This document shows, piece by piece, positions 35,734 to 43,960 of a DNA stretch of 64,000 nucleotides. A model generated the notes under the pieces. That model was not told where the DNA came from. It was given only the letters and a program-made list of their open reading frames with translations, and ran no database searches. Every line of letters starts with the position of its first letter. Position 1 is the stretch's first letter. The position numbers were made by a program, and so were the translations under genes. The stretch is from Patescibacteria group bacterium. GTDB taxonomy: Bacteria > Patescibacteriota > UBA1384 > XYA2-FULL-43-10 > 1-14-0-10-43-13. The stretch covers positions 2,321 to 66,320 of the forward strand of contig JBAYVE010000001.1 of the NCBI GenBank assembly GCA_041674765.1. The letters run 5' to 3'.

Positions 35734-37718
35734 TTTCCTCCATATCCGATCGCATCGCGTAAAAGGCCGAGACCAAGGTTAGCCAGAGGCTCTAAAATAG
35801 TATTGTAAATCAACCTCAACACAATGCAGATTGAAAAGCTTATATATTCTAAAGGACTAAGCATAGATGCATTTGGCGAGATACAATCGCCTTTTGCTCC
35901 TTCTTGGATAGCAGCAGCGTTCCATTCATTGGCTAGGGTTTGATCAGCAAATCTTTGTGCCACAGCGTTCTTATCATCTAAGATTTCTTGAGTAAAGCCA
36001 AAGGCTTTTTTTGTCTCGTCTGTAATGTTTTCACTTCCCATTATACATTCGTGAAATTCAATATTTTTTTGAAGATAAAAAAGTCCTAATTCTGATTGGA
36101 AAACAGCGGTTAGATAATCTTCCTGGGTATTTTGAGCATAAGCCTTTATTCCCCAAAGAGCTATGCCTATTGTGATGATACCTATGAGGGCGTATATATT
36201 GGCTTTTCCAGGGCTCTTAGACCAAAATTTGTTTCCAGCTGCTTTGATTTTAGCAGCTGGCCGTGAGGCTGGTACTATTAACTCAGCCCCGGGTTTTGGG
36301 GCAGTAAGTGCAACATTTGCACCTTTTGAAGATGGCATAAGAATATTTGTCCCTGGGTGCGTTCTTTCAATTTGGGCAATAGCCTTTTCCGTAACAGCTG
36401 CTCCGGTAGTGGTAACTTCTGCAACTGACGCAGCAGCTCTAGCATCTTGCAAGCTTTTTAGTTTATTATACCCAACGAATGCGGCACCTACTTCACCAGC
36501 GCCGACAATGACTTCAGCGGCGCTTGTAAAATCCATATCAAATTGTCCTTCCGGGTACTCCTTGCCTTTATTCCATGGCATTGCTTTCCACCAATCAGAG
36601 TATTTGCTTCTAGCCTCTTCGCTGGTGAACATCTTTATGCCCTTTATTGCCAAGTCGTACTGCTTGTCTAAATAAGCGCCGTTCACAGAATGGATATCAG
36701 GATATTCTGATCCAGAGTTAGCATAAAAAGACGTATACATCGCCATGTCTATATCTGCGTTTTTATATTTAGAGCCGTCAAATTTTTGTTTTACTTCTGT
36801 ACCATTTATTTTGGCGATCTCAGAAGCGAATTCTTCGGCTACGCTCTTAATTGCATCCAAATTCTTCCAGCCGGTTTGCGATTCGGGCTTAACTATGAGG
36901 TTGCGGCATTGATCGACAGCTTCTTTCGGCATATTGCCCTGAATTAATTTTGGCTTTGTGCCACTTTTAAGATACTCGATAGTTTGTTTCAAATACCAAC
37001 CGAAGATCCAGTTAGTGTCGTTCGTGGCAGCCCAATGAAGGCCAATTTTTTCTTTCTCGTTATAGGGATTCTCATAGTAGAAATCCCAGTTCATTAATTT
37101 CCCGTTTGCATCCTTCGCGCATGCCATGAAGAGTGTAAAATCACCCGAATTATCTTTTTGGCACTCTTTCCATGCAAGAGCATCGATCACGGTTCCGTCT
37201 GGAATTTGAGGGTAGAAACCATACTCACCTGCAGGTTTCGAGGTGTCATTTCTTGTTGTTGGTCTGGTGATGAGGACTAAGGGATATTTACCGCTGCCAG
37301 CAGGGGCGCCGTTAACCTTTAACTCTTTTATGGATTCTGATAGATCGATTGTTTTGCCTTCACTAGTTACGGTATATCCGGTTATATATAACAGATCAAC
37401 ATCCCATGAACCATTATCGGCATTGTCATTTTCTACTGTCATATTTCGCCATCGAGTGCCACCGGTTCCATAGTTGGTGTAAGTGATCTTTGCTAGTTTT
37501 CTCTTGCCATCTTCTGTAAAATAGATTGAATGAACCACATTACCAGCGATATGTGTGCTGGTCCCATCTCCAATAGTTGCGTTGGTAGATGACCATGTAG
37601 CGGTTTTTTCCTCAAATTGGGGATTGGGCACCTCTGCGTGAGCAATGTCCGCGAAGATAGGTGAAAAGTAGCCTATCAAAAAAGAAAATAGTACTAGATA
37701 ACTTACAATTTTTTTCAT
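35724..37718 (-). CDS. Secreted protein (664 aa) with signal peptide and a single TM helix near residue 510; unknown function
   Basis: MKKIVSYLVLFSFLIGYFSPIFADIAHA signal; later IYALIGIITIGIALWGIKAYA TM; 10-nt overlap with the VirB6-like gene. Confidence 0.5.
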   Translation of the reverse strand: MKKIVSYLVLFSFLIGYFSPIFADIAHAEVPNPQFEEKTATWSSTNATIGDGTSTHIAGNVVHSIYFTEDGKRKLAKITYTNYGTGGTRWRNMTVENDNADNGSWDVDLLYITGYTVTSEGKTIDLSESIKELKVNGAPAGSGKYPLVLITRPTTRNDTSKPAGEYGFYPQIPDGTVIDALAWKECQKDNSGDFTLFMACAKDANGKLMNWDFYYENPYNEKEKIGLHWAATNDTNWIFGWYLKQTIEYLKSGTKPKLIQGNMPKEAVDQCRNLIVKPESQTGWKNLDAIKSVAEEFASEIAKINGTEVKQKFDGSKYKNADIDMAMYTSFYANSGSEYPDIHSVNGAYLDKQYDLAIKGIKMFTSEEARSKYSDWWKAMPWNKGKEYPEGQFDMDFTSAAEVIVGAGEVGAAFVGYNKLKSLQDARAAASVAEVTTTGAAVTEKAIAQIERTHPGTNILMPSSKGANVALTAPKPGAELIVPASRPAAKIKAAGNKFWSKSPGKANIYALIGIITIGIALWGIKAYAQNTQEDYLTAVFQSELGLFYLQKNIEFHECIMGSENITDETKKAFGFTQEILDDKNAVAQRFADQTLANEWNAAAIQEGAKGDCISPNASMLSPLEYISFSICIVLRLIYNTILEPLANLGLGLLRDAIGYGGKCT

Positions 37719-37807
37719 TTACCCCTCCGGTAATAGTGCATTTTAGTAATCACAAAAATTATACCACAAAGATCTTAAAATCAGTAAACAAATTTTTTAA
37801 TACAAAT

Positions 37808-38476
37808 CTATTCTATAGCGTTCAGATATTGCCGGACAAGTTCATCGTCGGGATTGAGAGACTTGGCGGCAGTAAATGATTGCTTCGCTTCCTCCCGCAA
37901 TTGTTTTTTCAGATTAGAATTCATCTCGATATTTTCAGCAATTTTCAACTGGGAAATACCCAGATATAGCCAGCCGTCGGCGGAAGTTTTGTCCATCTCG
38001 ATAGCAATTTTGGCAGCAGCTGACGCTAACTGAAACTCCTCTTTCTCAATTAGTAATTTAGAATTTTTGACGGCTTGAATGGGCTCAGCGGGGACTTTCT
38101 TTGCTAATTCAAAATATTGTGATTGCTCGGTCAGCTTTTTTTCTTTGAAAAAGTCTTCTAGAGATAATATATCGCTAGTTCCAAGCTCAGCCAATTGCCG
38201 TCTTTCCGCTGCTTTTTCGTTCTTGCCATTTAAGACTAAGGCTTTTTTATATTCCAAGTCGGCACTCAAAAATTTCTTCTGCTCTAAGTACAAGTCGCCC
38301 TTTTCGACATAATTATTCGACCATTTGCCTCGAGCCGGTTTAGTTAGTAAGGATAAGGTCAACAGTATTATCAGAAAAATAAGTGTCCATTTCAGGCATT
38401 TCATAAGCAGAGGATTACCTAGGAGGAAGGAACCTTTATTCTTTTGATCAGGCGGAATTGCCATCGGCATTGGCAT
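37808..38476 (-). CDS. N-terminally anchored TPR-like (helical repeat) protein
   Basis: TM LKWTLIFLIILLTLSLLTK; helical-repeat-like region ...KGDLYLEQKKFLSADLEYKKALVLNGKNEKAAERRQLAELG...DGWLYLGISQLKIAENIEMN...AKQSFTAAKSLNPDDEL. Confidence 0.4.
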   Translation of the reverse strand: MPMPMAIPPDQKNKGSFLLGNPLLMKCLKWTLIFLIILLTLSLLTKPARGKWSNNYVEKGDLYLEQKKFLSADLEYKKALVLNGKNEKAAERRQLAELGTSDILSLEDFFKEKKLTEQSQYFELAKKVPAEPIQAVKNSKLLIEKEEFQLASAAAKIAIEMDKTSADGWLYLGISQLKIAENIEMNSNLKKQLREEAKQSFTAAKSLNPDDELVRQYLNAIE

Positions 38477-38477
38477 C

Positions 38478-39272
38478 TTATCTCCTCAATAGATAAATGA
38501 GAATAATAAACAAAGCAAAAATTATGCGGTAGAATACAAATATTTTGAAATTGCTCTTTTTTAGGTAGTTCAGCAAGAATTTTATAGCGATGAAACCGAA
38601 AACAGTGGCAAACAAAACCGCAGTGAAGAATTCGAGATTAAGGTCAGAGCTCGTTAACTTTCTTGACTCATACAGAAAGGCACCGACTGTGGCAGGCGTT
38701 CCAATCAGAAAGGAAAAACGGGCAGCGTCCTCCCGTTTCAAACCGATCGAACGGGCAGCCACCATCGTGATACCCGAACGGGAAACACCGGGGATTAGGG
38801 CCAATGCCTGAGCTAATCCGATAAGAAAGGATTGCTTGAAGCCAATATCCTTGAAAGAGTTTGTAGATTTGGCATATTTATCTACCAGCCAGAGAACTAT
38901 GCCAAAAATCATCATAGTAAAAGCGATTATCAGTGGAGCCTGGAGCTTTGACTCAGTAATCTTTTCGAGAAATACTCCTGCAATCGCGGCCGGAATCGTT
39001 GCTAACACAATTTGCCAGAGCAGGGTCGAGGAAAACGCAGTGGTATTCTTTCCTGTAAAAGCAGATCGAAATATGCCCAGCCAATCCCGCCAGAAGAAGG
39101 CAAGCAAAGCGGCCACGGTGCCCATATGCAAGGCCGTATCAAATTTCAACCCTCCATGAACCCAATTGAAAAGATAGGGAACTCCCCAGAGATGTGCCGA
39201 TGATGATATTGGCAAAAACTCAGCCAAACCCTGAATAGTGCCCAAAATAATTGCTTGATATAAATATAGCAT
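38478..39272 (-). CDS. uppP: Undecaprenyl-diphosphatase UppP (BacA)
   Basis: IILGTIQGLAEFLPISSSAHL...GVSRSGITM... are canonical UppP motifs; first gene of the long minus-strand operon (1-nt gap to the next gene). Confidence 0.9.
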   Translation of the reverse strand: MLYLYQAIILGTIQGLAEFLPISSSAHLWGVPYLFNWVHGGLKFDTALHMGTVAALLAFFWRDWLGIFRSAFTGKNTTAFSSTLLWQIVLATIPAAIAGVFLEKITESKLQAPLIIAFTMMIFGIVLWLVDKYAKSTNSFKDIGFKQSFLIGLAQALALIPGVSRSGITMVAARSIGLKREDAARFSFLIGTPATVGAFLYESRKLTSSDLNLEFFTAVLFATVFGFIAIKFLLNYLKKSNFKIFVFYRIIFALFIILIYLLRR

Positions 39273-39366
39273 AAGGATATTTTAACAAACAAAGACAAAA
39301 ATACCAAGAAAAGGTGCAGAAGAGATACGCTTGTTGTTAGTGCCAGGTATCCGTTATAATCAATGC

Positions 39367-39921
39367 ATGAATATTTTAGATCAATTGAGATTTTACGATT
39401 ATCACATTTATTTGTTTTTTCATGGTGCCATTCATGGGCGGCCCTACTTAAACGAATTTTATCTTTTCTTCGCCAAGTACGGCATTATCTTCTTTTTCCT
39501 TGCATTTATTTATCTCATCGTGAGAGGAAGAATTTATGCCTTCGTCTGCGCCTTTTTTTCAAGCGCAATGGCCAGTCTTCTTGATATCTTTATCGGCTTG
39601 ATTTTCAAACGACCGAGACCTTTTGTCAGTCATAATGCAGAAGTTCTCACTCCTATCATAACTGGTCTTCGGGTAGACCGTCTTTCCTTTCCTTCGGCTC
39701 ATACATACTTGGCCTTTGCGATTGCCACCAGCATTTTTTTGTATGGCCATCGAAAGTTGGGCATATTGCTATATTTCCTCGCCATCCTGGTGGCGGTGGG
39801 GAGGATGGGAGCAGGCTTACATTATCCTAGTGATGTTACGGCCGGTGCCCTGCTTGGGATTAGCACTGGAATTATCTCATTTCTAGCAATCGAAAAATAT
39901 GAACGTAAACATCAAGATTAG
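39367..39921 (+). CDS. PAP2-family lipid phosphatase (likely start ATG 39367; ORF track begins at 39331 inside a promoter-like sequence)
   Basis: PAP2 motifs KRPRP..., PSAHT, GLHYPSDV; TTGTTA...GTTATAAT promoter-like sequence at 39333-39360. Confidence 0.7.
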   Translation: MNILDQLRFYDYHIYLFFHGAIHGRPYLNEFYLFFAKYGIIFFFLAFIYLIVRGRIYAFVCAFFSSAMASLLDIFIGLIFKRPRPFVSHNAEVLTPIITGLRVDRLSFPSAHTYLAFAIATSIFLYGHRKLGILLYFLAILVAVGRMGAGLHYPSDVTAGALLGISTGIISFLAIEKYERKHQD

Positions 39922-39982
39922 CAGGGGAGGAATTGGAAAGAAACACAATCTTTTAGAATTTAAGACTTACTACATATAACTT

Positions 39983-41032
39983 ATGACTGCCAATCTGATT
40001 GAACTGAAAAGACAATTTTTGGAGTATTGTGAGTTGGACAAGGGCCAATCTCTCTTGACGATAGAAAATTATAACCGGTATCTGGATAGATTTTTTAAAT
40101 TTTTGGAAGAACAACGTGCTGTCATTCCTGCGAAGGCAGAAATCCAGAAGATTAAGGAATTGGATTCCGGATCTCCAGATACAGTCCGGAATGACACTGT
40201 TGAGCTTCTACCATCCGATATAGATCAGGAATGCGTCCGGCAATACCGTCTTTACGTCAACAGGCTAAAGGATGACCGGGGAAGAGAGTTAAAAAGGTCA
40301 ACTCAGAACTTTCATATGCTGGCGCTCCGTGCGTTTCTTCGATACCTCGCTAGGAGTGGTATCGCGAGCCTGGCAGCTGATAAAGTTGATATCGCCAAGA
40401 CGGGCGACCGAGAGGTCACTTTTCTCGAGGGAGAAGAGATTGGTAATATGCTGAAGCTTCCTGACACGGATGAGCTGTCCGGACTGCGGGATCGCGCCAT
40501 TTTAGAGGTGCTATTTTCAACCGGTCTCCGTGTCTCAGAATTAGCAAGCCTCGATATTGATGATTTGAACTTCGATCGTGGCGAGATCTCGATTCTCGGG
40601 AAGGGGAAAAAAATCAGAGTAGTTTTTCTTTCTGAGGAAGCGGTTTATTGGCTTCTTCAATATACCAAGAACCTTGGTTGGGCCGATAAAGAAAAGGACC
40701 AACCTTTATTGTTATCGAACAGAGGGACGCGGCTGACAGTTAGGTCAATCGAGCGGATTGTCAAAAAATATGCTTTGCGAGCAGGCATAGGCAAAAAAGT
40801 CTCGCCACACACCTTGCGTCACTCTTTTGCGACCGATCTCCTTATCGCTGGTGCCGATATCCGCAGTGTTCAGTCCATGCTCGGCCATGCCTCGATTACG
40901 ACCACTCAAGTCTACACCCATATTACAGATCAACATCTTCGGGAAATTCATCAAAAATTTCATGGCAGATCACTAAAAGAGGAAAAAAGCGCCGAAGAAA
41001 GTCATATCACAACAGAGGAAAAAAGCGAATAG
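39983..41032 (+). CDS. Tyrosine site-specific recombinase, XerC/XerD family, with an insertion of about 60 aa in the N-terminal core-binding domain and an acidic C-terminal tail
   Basis: N-terminus LKRQFLEYCELDKGQSLLTIENYNRYLDRFFKFL; catalytic region R..., HTLRHSFATDLLIAGADIRSVQSMLGHASITTTQVYTHI (RHRH...Y). Confidence 0.85.
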   Translation: MTANLIELKRQFLEYCELDKGQSLLTIENYNRYLDRFFKFLEEQRAVIPAKAEIQKIKELDSGSPDTVRNDTVELLPSDIDQECVRQYRLYVNRLKDDRGRELKRSTQNFHMLALRAFLRYLARSGIASLAADKVDIAKTGDREVTFLEGEEIGNMLKLPDTDELSGLRDRAILEVLFSTGLRVSELASLDIDDLNFDRGEISILGKGKKIRVVFLSEEAVYWLLQYTKNLGWADKEKDQPLLLSNRGTRLTVRSIERIVKKYALRAGIGKKVSPHTLRHSFATDLLIAGADIRSVQSMLGHASITTTQVYTHITDQHLREIHQKFHGRSLKEEKSAEESHITTEEKSE

Positions 41033-41035
41033 GGC

Positions 41036-41064
41036 TTGACAAATTATGGTCTATCTGATACAAT
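41036..41064 (+). promoter_or_regulatory. Near-consensus sigma70 promoter (TTGACA, 17 nt, TACAAT) followed by a perfect 7-bp inverted repeat ATTTACT-AAAA-AGTAAAT at 41071-41088
   Basis: Hexamers and spacer read directly; the palindrome sits at the predicted +1 to +18 (operator-like position). Confidence 0.4.
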
Positions 41065-41110
41065 CTCTTAATTTACTAAAAAGTAAATACTAATTAGATA
41101 GGCAGGCCAT

Positions 41111-41272
41111 ATGAAAACAAAAATAAAAATTGATCCGATTGCTGACAATAAGACAAATGTGCTCATCAACTCTGCTGAGCATCGTATTCTTGAAATTAAA
41201 AAGGAAATTCGAGGTGTGTTCGAATTTCCATCAAGATGCAAGACCCGGGTCTTCGAGATGTGGGAAGACTAA
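41111..41272 (+). CDS. Unannotated small ORF (53 aa), hypothetical
   Basis: ATG 41111 (AGGCAGG 4-10 nt upstream) to TAA 41270-41272: MKTKIKIDPIADNKTNVLINSAEHRILEIKKEIRGVFEFPSRCKTRVFEMWED; under the 60-aa threshold so absent from the ORF track; directly downstream of the promoter/palindrome. Confidence 0.3.
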   Translation: MKTKIKIDPIADNKTNVLINSAEHRILEIKKEIRGVFEFPSRCKTRVFEMWED

Positions 41273-41356
41273 AGCAAGAGATGTCTCTCTCGCATTAAAT
41301 TTTGCGCCGTTCTATCTACGATTATTTAGCGGTAATTTGATAGCTTTATAATTTGG

Positions 41357-42685
41357 CTAGTCTCGGCCAAATCTTTTTTCAAGTTCCTCGCGGGCAATTT
41401 TTCTATCTGAAAAAGGGATAAATTTATCCTCTCCGATTGCCATCACTTCTTCGGCTCCTTTGCCGGTGATAATAACCACATCGTTCTTCGCTGCCTCTTT
41501 AACCGCCTTGTGGATTGCTTGGGCCCGATCCAAAACTTTCCAGTAGTTTCGGTTTAAATGCCACTGATGTTTCTTTTCTCCACCTTTATGGATTGCTTCG
41601 GCAACCTGTTCCATAATTTCATCAGGATCCTCGTCATAGGGATCTTCATTTGTAAATATTACCAAATCGGCATAATGACCTGCCAGGGCACCCATGATAG
41701 GACGCCTTGTTTTGTCACGCCTACCTGTCCCGCCAAGAACAGCGATTAATCGTCCACCTCTGTTTTTCATACTATCGCAGATCGTCTCGTAGACATTTTT
41801 CAGTGAATCCGGATTATGAGCGTAGTCAACAATTACGGTGAAATCCTGGTTTTTAGAAGCGACAATCGGCTCCATTCGTCCAGGGACCAGAGTGATTTTC
41901 TCGAGGCCATTTTTGATGATCTCAGGCTCAATTTCCAAAGCAAGTCCGACCGCGAAGGCCGCGAGGGCATTTTGTACATTGAATGTTCCAGGAAGCTTCA
42001 AGTTGATGGTATTTTGGCCGCTGTCGTAGACAGCAGTGAAAGTAATCCCGTTTGGAGAGGGTAATATCTTTCTGGCAACGACGCCATGCTCTACTATCTT
42101 TTTGGCTGAGTAGAGAAATTTCTCGCTCGAAGGCAATGAGTAAAATTTGTTCCAGTTTTGGTCGTCGGCATTTATGACGAATTTTGCGGCAGGATTTTCT
42201 TTGAAGACCTTGAGCTTTGCGTTGAGGTAGTTCTCCTTTGTTTTATGATAATCCAGATGATCCTGAGACAGATTGGTGTAGACCAGGGTATCGAAATGAA
42301 TGCCAGCAATTCTGTTTTGATCAATGGCCTGGGAGGAAGTTTCTATGACCGCAAACTCACATTTTTCCTTCACGGCTTGCTTTAAGAACGCTTGAATGAC
42401 GGGAGCCGGCGGGGTCGTAACCCAGCGTGATTTCGTCGTATGAGCAATGTTTTTGCCGCCCATCTTGGTATTGATTGTCGTCTCCATCGCATTTTTGATG
42501 CCAGCTGTATCTAGGACGGAAGCAATCATATTGCAAACTGTGGTTTTGCCCTTGGTGCCGGTAACACCGATGACTTTTATCTTATTGGCGGGTTTGCCAT
42601 ATCGAAAAGCAGCAAAGATAGCCTCAACTTTATGGGCCTTGTTCTTGGTCGATTGTGTCAGTACTTTGGATATAATTTTTCGCAT
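41357..42685 (-). CDS. murE: Mur ligase, MurE-type (UDP-MurNAc-L-Ala-D-Glu:diamino acid or L-Lys ligase), short N-terminus
   Basis: VIGVTGTKGKTTVCNMIASVL; ETSSQAI; NLSQDHLDYH; DYAHNPDSL are MurE-like signatures. Confidence 0.75.
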   Translation of the reverse strand: MRKIISKVLTQSTKNKAHKVEAIFAAFRYGKPANKIKVIGVTGTKGKTTVCNMIASVLDTAGIKNAMETTINTKMGGKNIAHTTKSRWVTTPPAPVIQAFLKQAVKEKCEFAVIETSSQAIDQNRIAGIHFDTLVYTNLSQDHLDYHKTKENYLNAKLKVFKENPAAKFVINADDQNWNKFYSLPSSEKFLYSAKKIVEHGVVARKILPSPNGITFTAVYDSGQNTINLKLPGTFNVQNALAAFAVGLALEIEPEIIKNGLEKITLVPGRMEPIVASKNQDFTVIVDYAHNPDSLKNVYETICDSMKNRGGRLIAVLGGTGRRDKTRRPIMGALAGHYADLVIFTNEDPYDEDPDEIMEQVAEAIHKGGEKKHQWHLNRNYWKVLDRAQAIHKAVKEAAKNDVVIITGKGAEEVMAIGEDKFIPFSDRKIAREELEKRFGRD

Positions 42686-42771
42686 ACAGATTTGTTTAAT
42701 GCTAAAGACTAAAATAAACGAAATAACGAAATTATCTTTTTAGTTGTTTGGTTTCTTTTAGTTTTTAGCGT

Positions 42772-43758
42772 TTATCTCCGCCTAATTCTCTCTGCAATTT
42801 TAAATAAATTATACTCCATTGGCCGAAGTATCAAATCATGGCTGCCGAGCAGATCGACTTGTTCGCCGCCAAACTGCTTCTTAAATCGGGTAATACCAGA
42901 CCAGGGATGCTTCGGATCATCGTTAGGCGCAATTCCAAAGAAATCATATTTTTTAAAGCCGTTAGCTTTTGCCTCCTGGATAATTTCAAAATGCAGTAGA
43001 TTCGGTGCCATCATGTTCTTATATTCTTTGCTCGACGCTCCAAACATGTAGATGGCGGTATCGCCGGAATAAACAATAATAGCGCTGGCCAGCGGAATTC
43101 TCCCCATGCCCGAGGGGGAGTTAGAGGGGGCGGGAGAATCCTTAATTTCTCCAAAAGCGGTATAGGTCCGAGCATAACCACTTTTAGAGAGAATTTCAAG
43201 GAGCTGGTCAAAATATTTTTTTGAGCGAAAAGAGATGCCATGACGCTTGGCGGTTTCGGAATAAAGCTCGAAGAAGGTATCAGCGGTATTTTCTTCTTCA
43301 ACTTTAATATTATTGTTCTGTGCAATTTTTAAATTATAGCGGCATTTTTGCTTCATACCTGCGAGCATTTTTTCGGTCGGCTGGGTTAAGTCTAGGATCC
43401 AGGTATGTTCGGGTTGCATTTCCTCAAAAGCTTTCTGGAAGCCAAAAGCAGAAAGCTTAAAGTCTAAAGTTGTAGCAGTTGACTCGAAACGGTAAAAAAA
43501 TGCCTTTTCCCTGTTCGCTATTTCTCTTATCTCTTTTAAAAAGTTTTTATCTTTTAACTTGCTACTTTGATCTTCGCTCACCATCGGCGAATAGAGCATA
43601 CTTCGGCCGAATGGCAGATTTTTTTGCAAGACTAAAATTCCTTCTATCCAATAGCTTTTTTGATAGCCGGTCGCAAGCTTAAACTGCTCCCACTCTTTAG
43701 ATTGAAAAATCGATGCCATAAAGACATAATAACATTTTTCTCTAATGAATGGCAGCAT
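42772..43758 (-). CDS. FemAB-family peptidoglycan interpeptide-bridge aminoacyltransferase (alternative start 43719)
   Basis: FemAB-like N-terminus SIFQSKEWEQFKLATGYQKSYWIEGILVLQKNLPFG...; length and position next to murE. Confidence 0.65.
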   Translation of the reverse strand: MLPFIREKCYYVFMASIFQSKEWEQFKLATGYQKSYWIEGILVLQKNLPFGRSMLYSPMVSEDQSSKLKDKNFLKEIREIANREKAFFYRFESTATTLDFKLSAFGFQKAFEEMQPEHTWILDLTQPTEKMLAGMKQKCRYNLKIAQNNNIKVEEENTADTFFELYSETAKRHGISFRSKKYFDQLLEILSKSGYARTYTAFGEIKDSPAPSNSPSGMGRIPLASAIIVYSGDTAIYMFGASSKEYKNMMAPNLLHFEIIQEAKANGFKKYDFFGIAPNDDPKHPWSGITRFKKQFGGEQVDLLGSHDLILRPMEYNLFKIAERIRRR

Positions 43759-43960
43759 TGAGAAAAACTGCCAAAAATGGTATAAATAACTTTAATTGAA
43801 AATCGCCTGATTAGTTTTTTTTCTTTGGGTATCACAAAATCAACAATGCAACAATTTAACAATCAAACAATAAGAATATTAGCTATTAAGACGAGCTGTG
43901 ACCCATCCTACGCTAAAGCTACGGAGGGCGAGTCGAGGAATAAAATAAGTTGAGCCACGC

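Noticed and set aside
41130-41351. 73-aa ORF from the track between xer and murE
   Set aside because: A different frame contains a better-supported 53-aa ORF starting right after a consensus promoter. The 73-aa frame has no RBS and an implausible composition.
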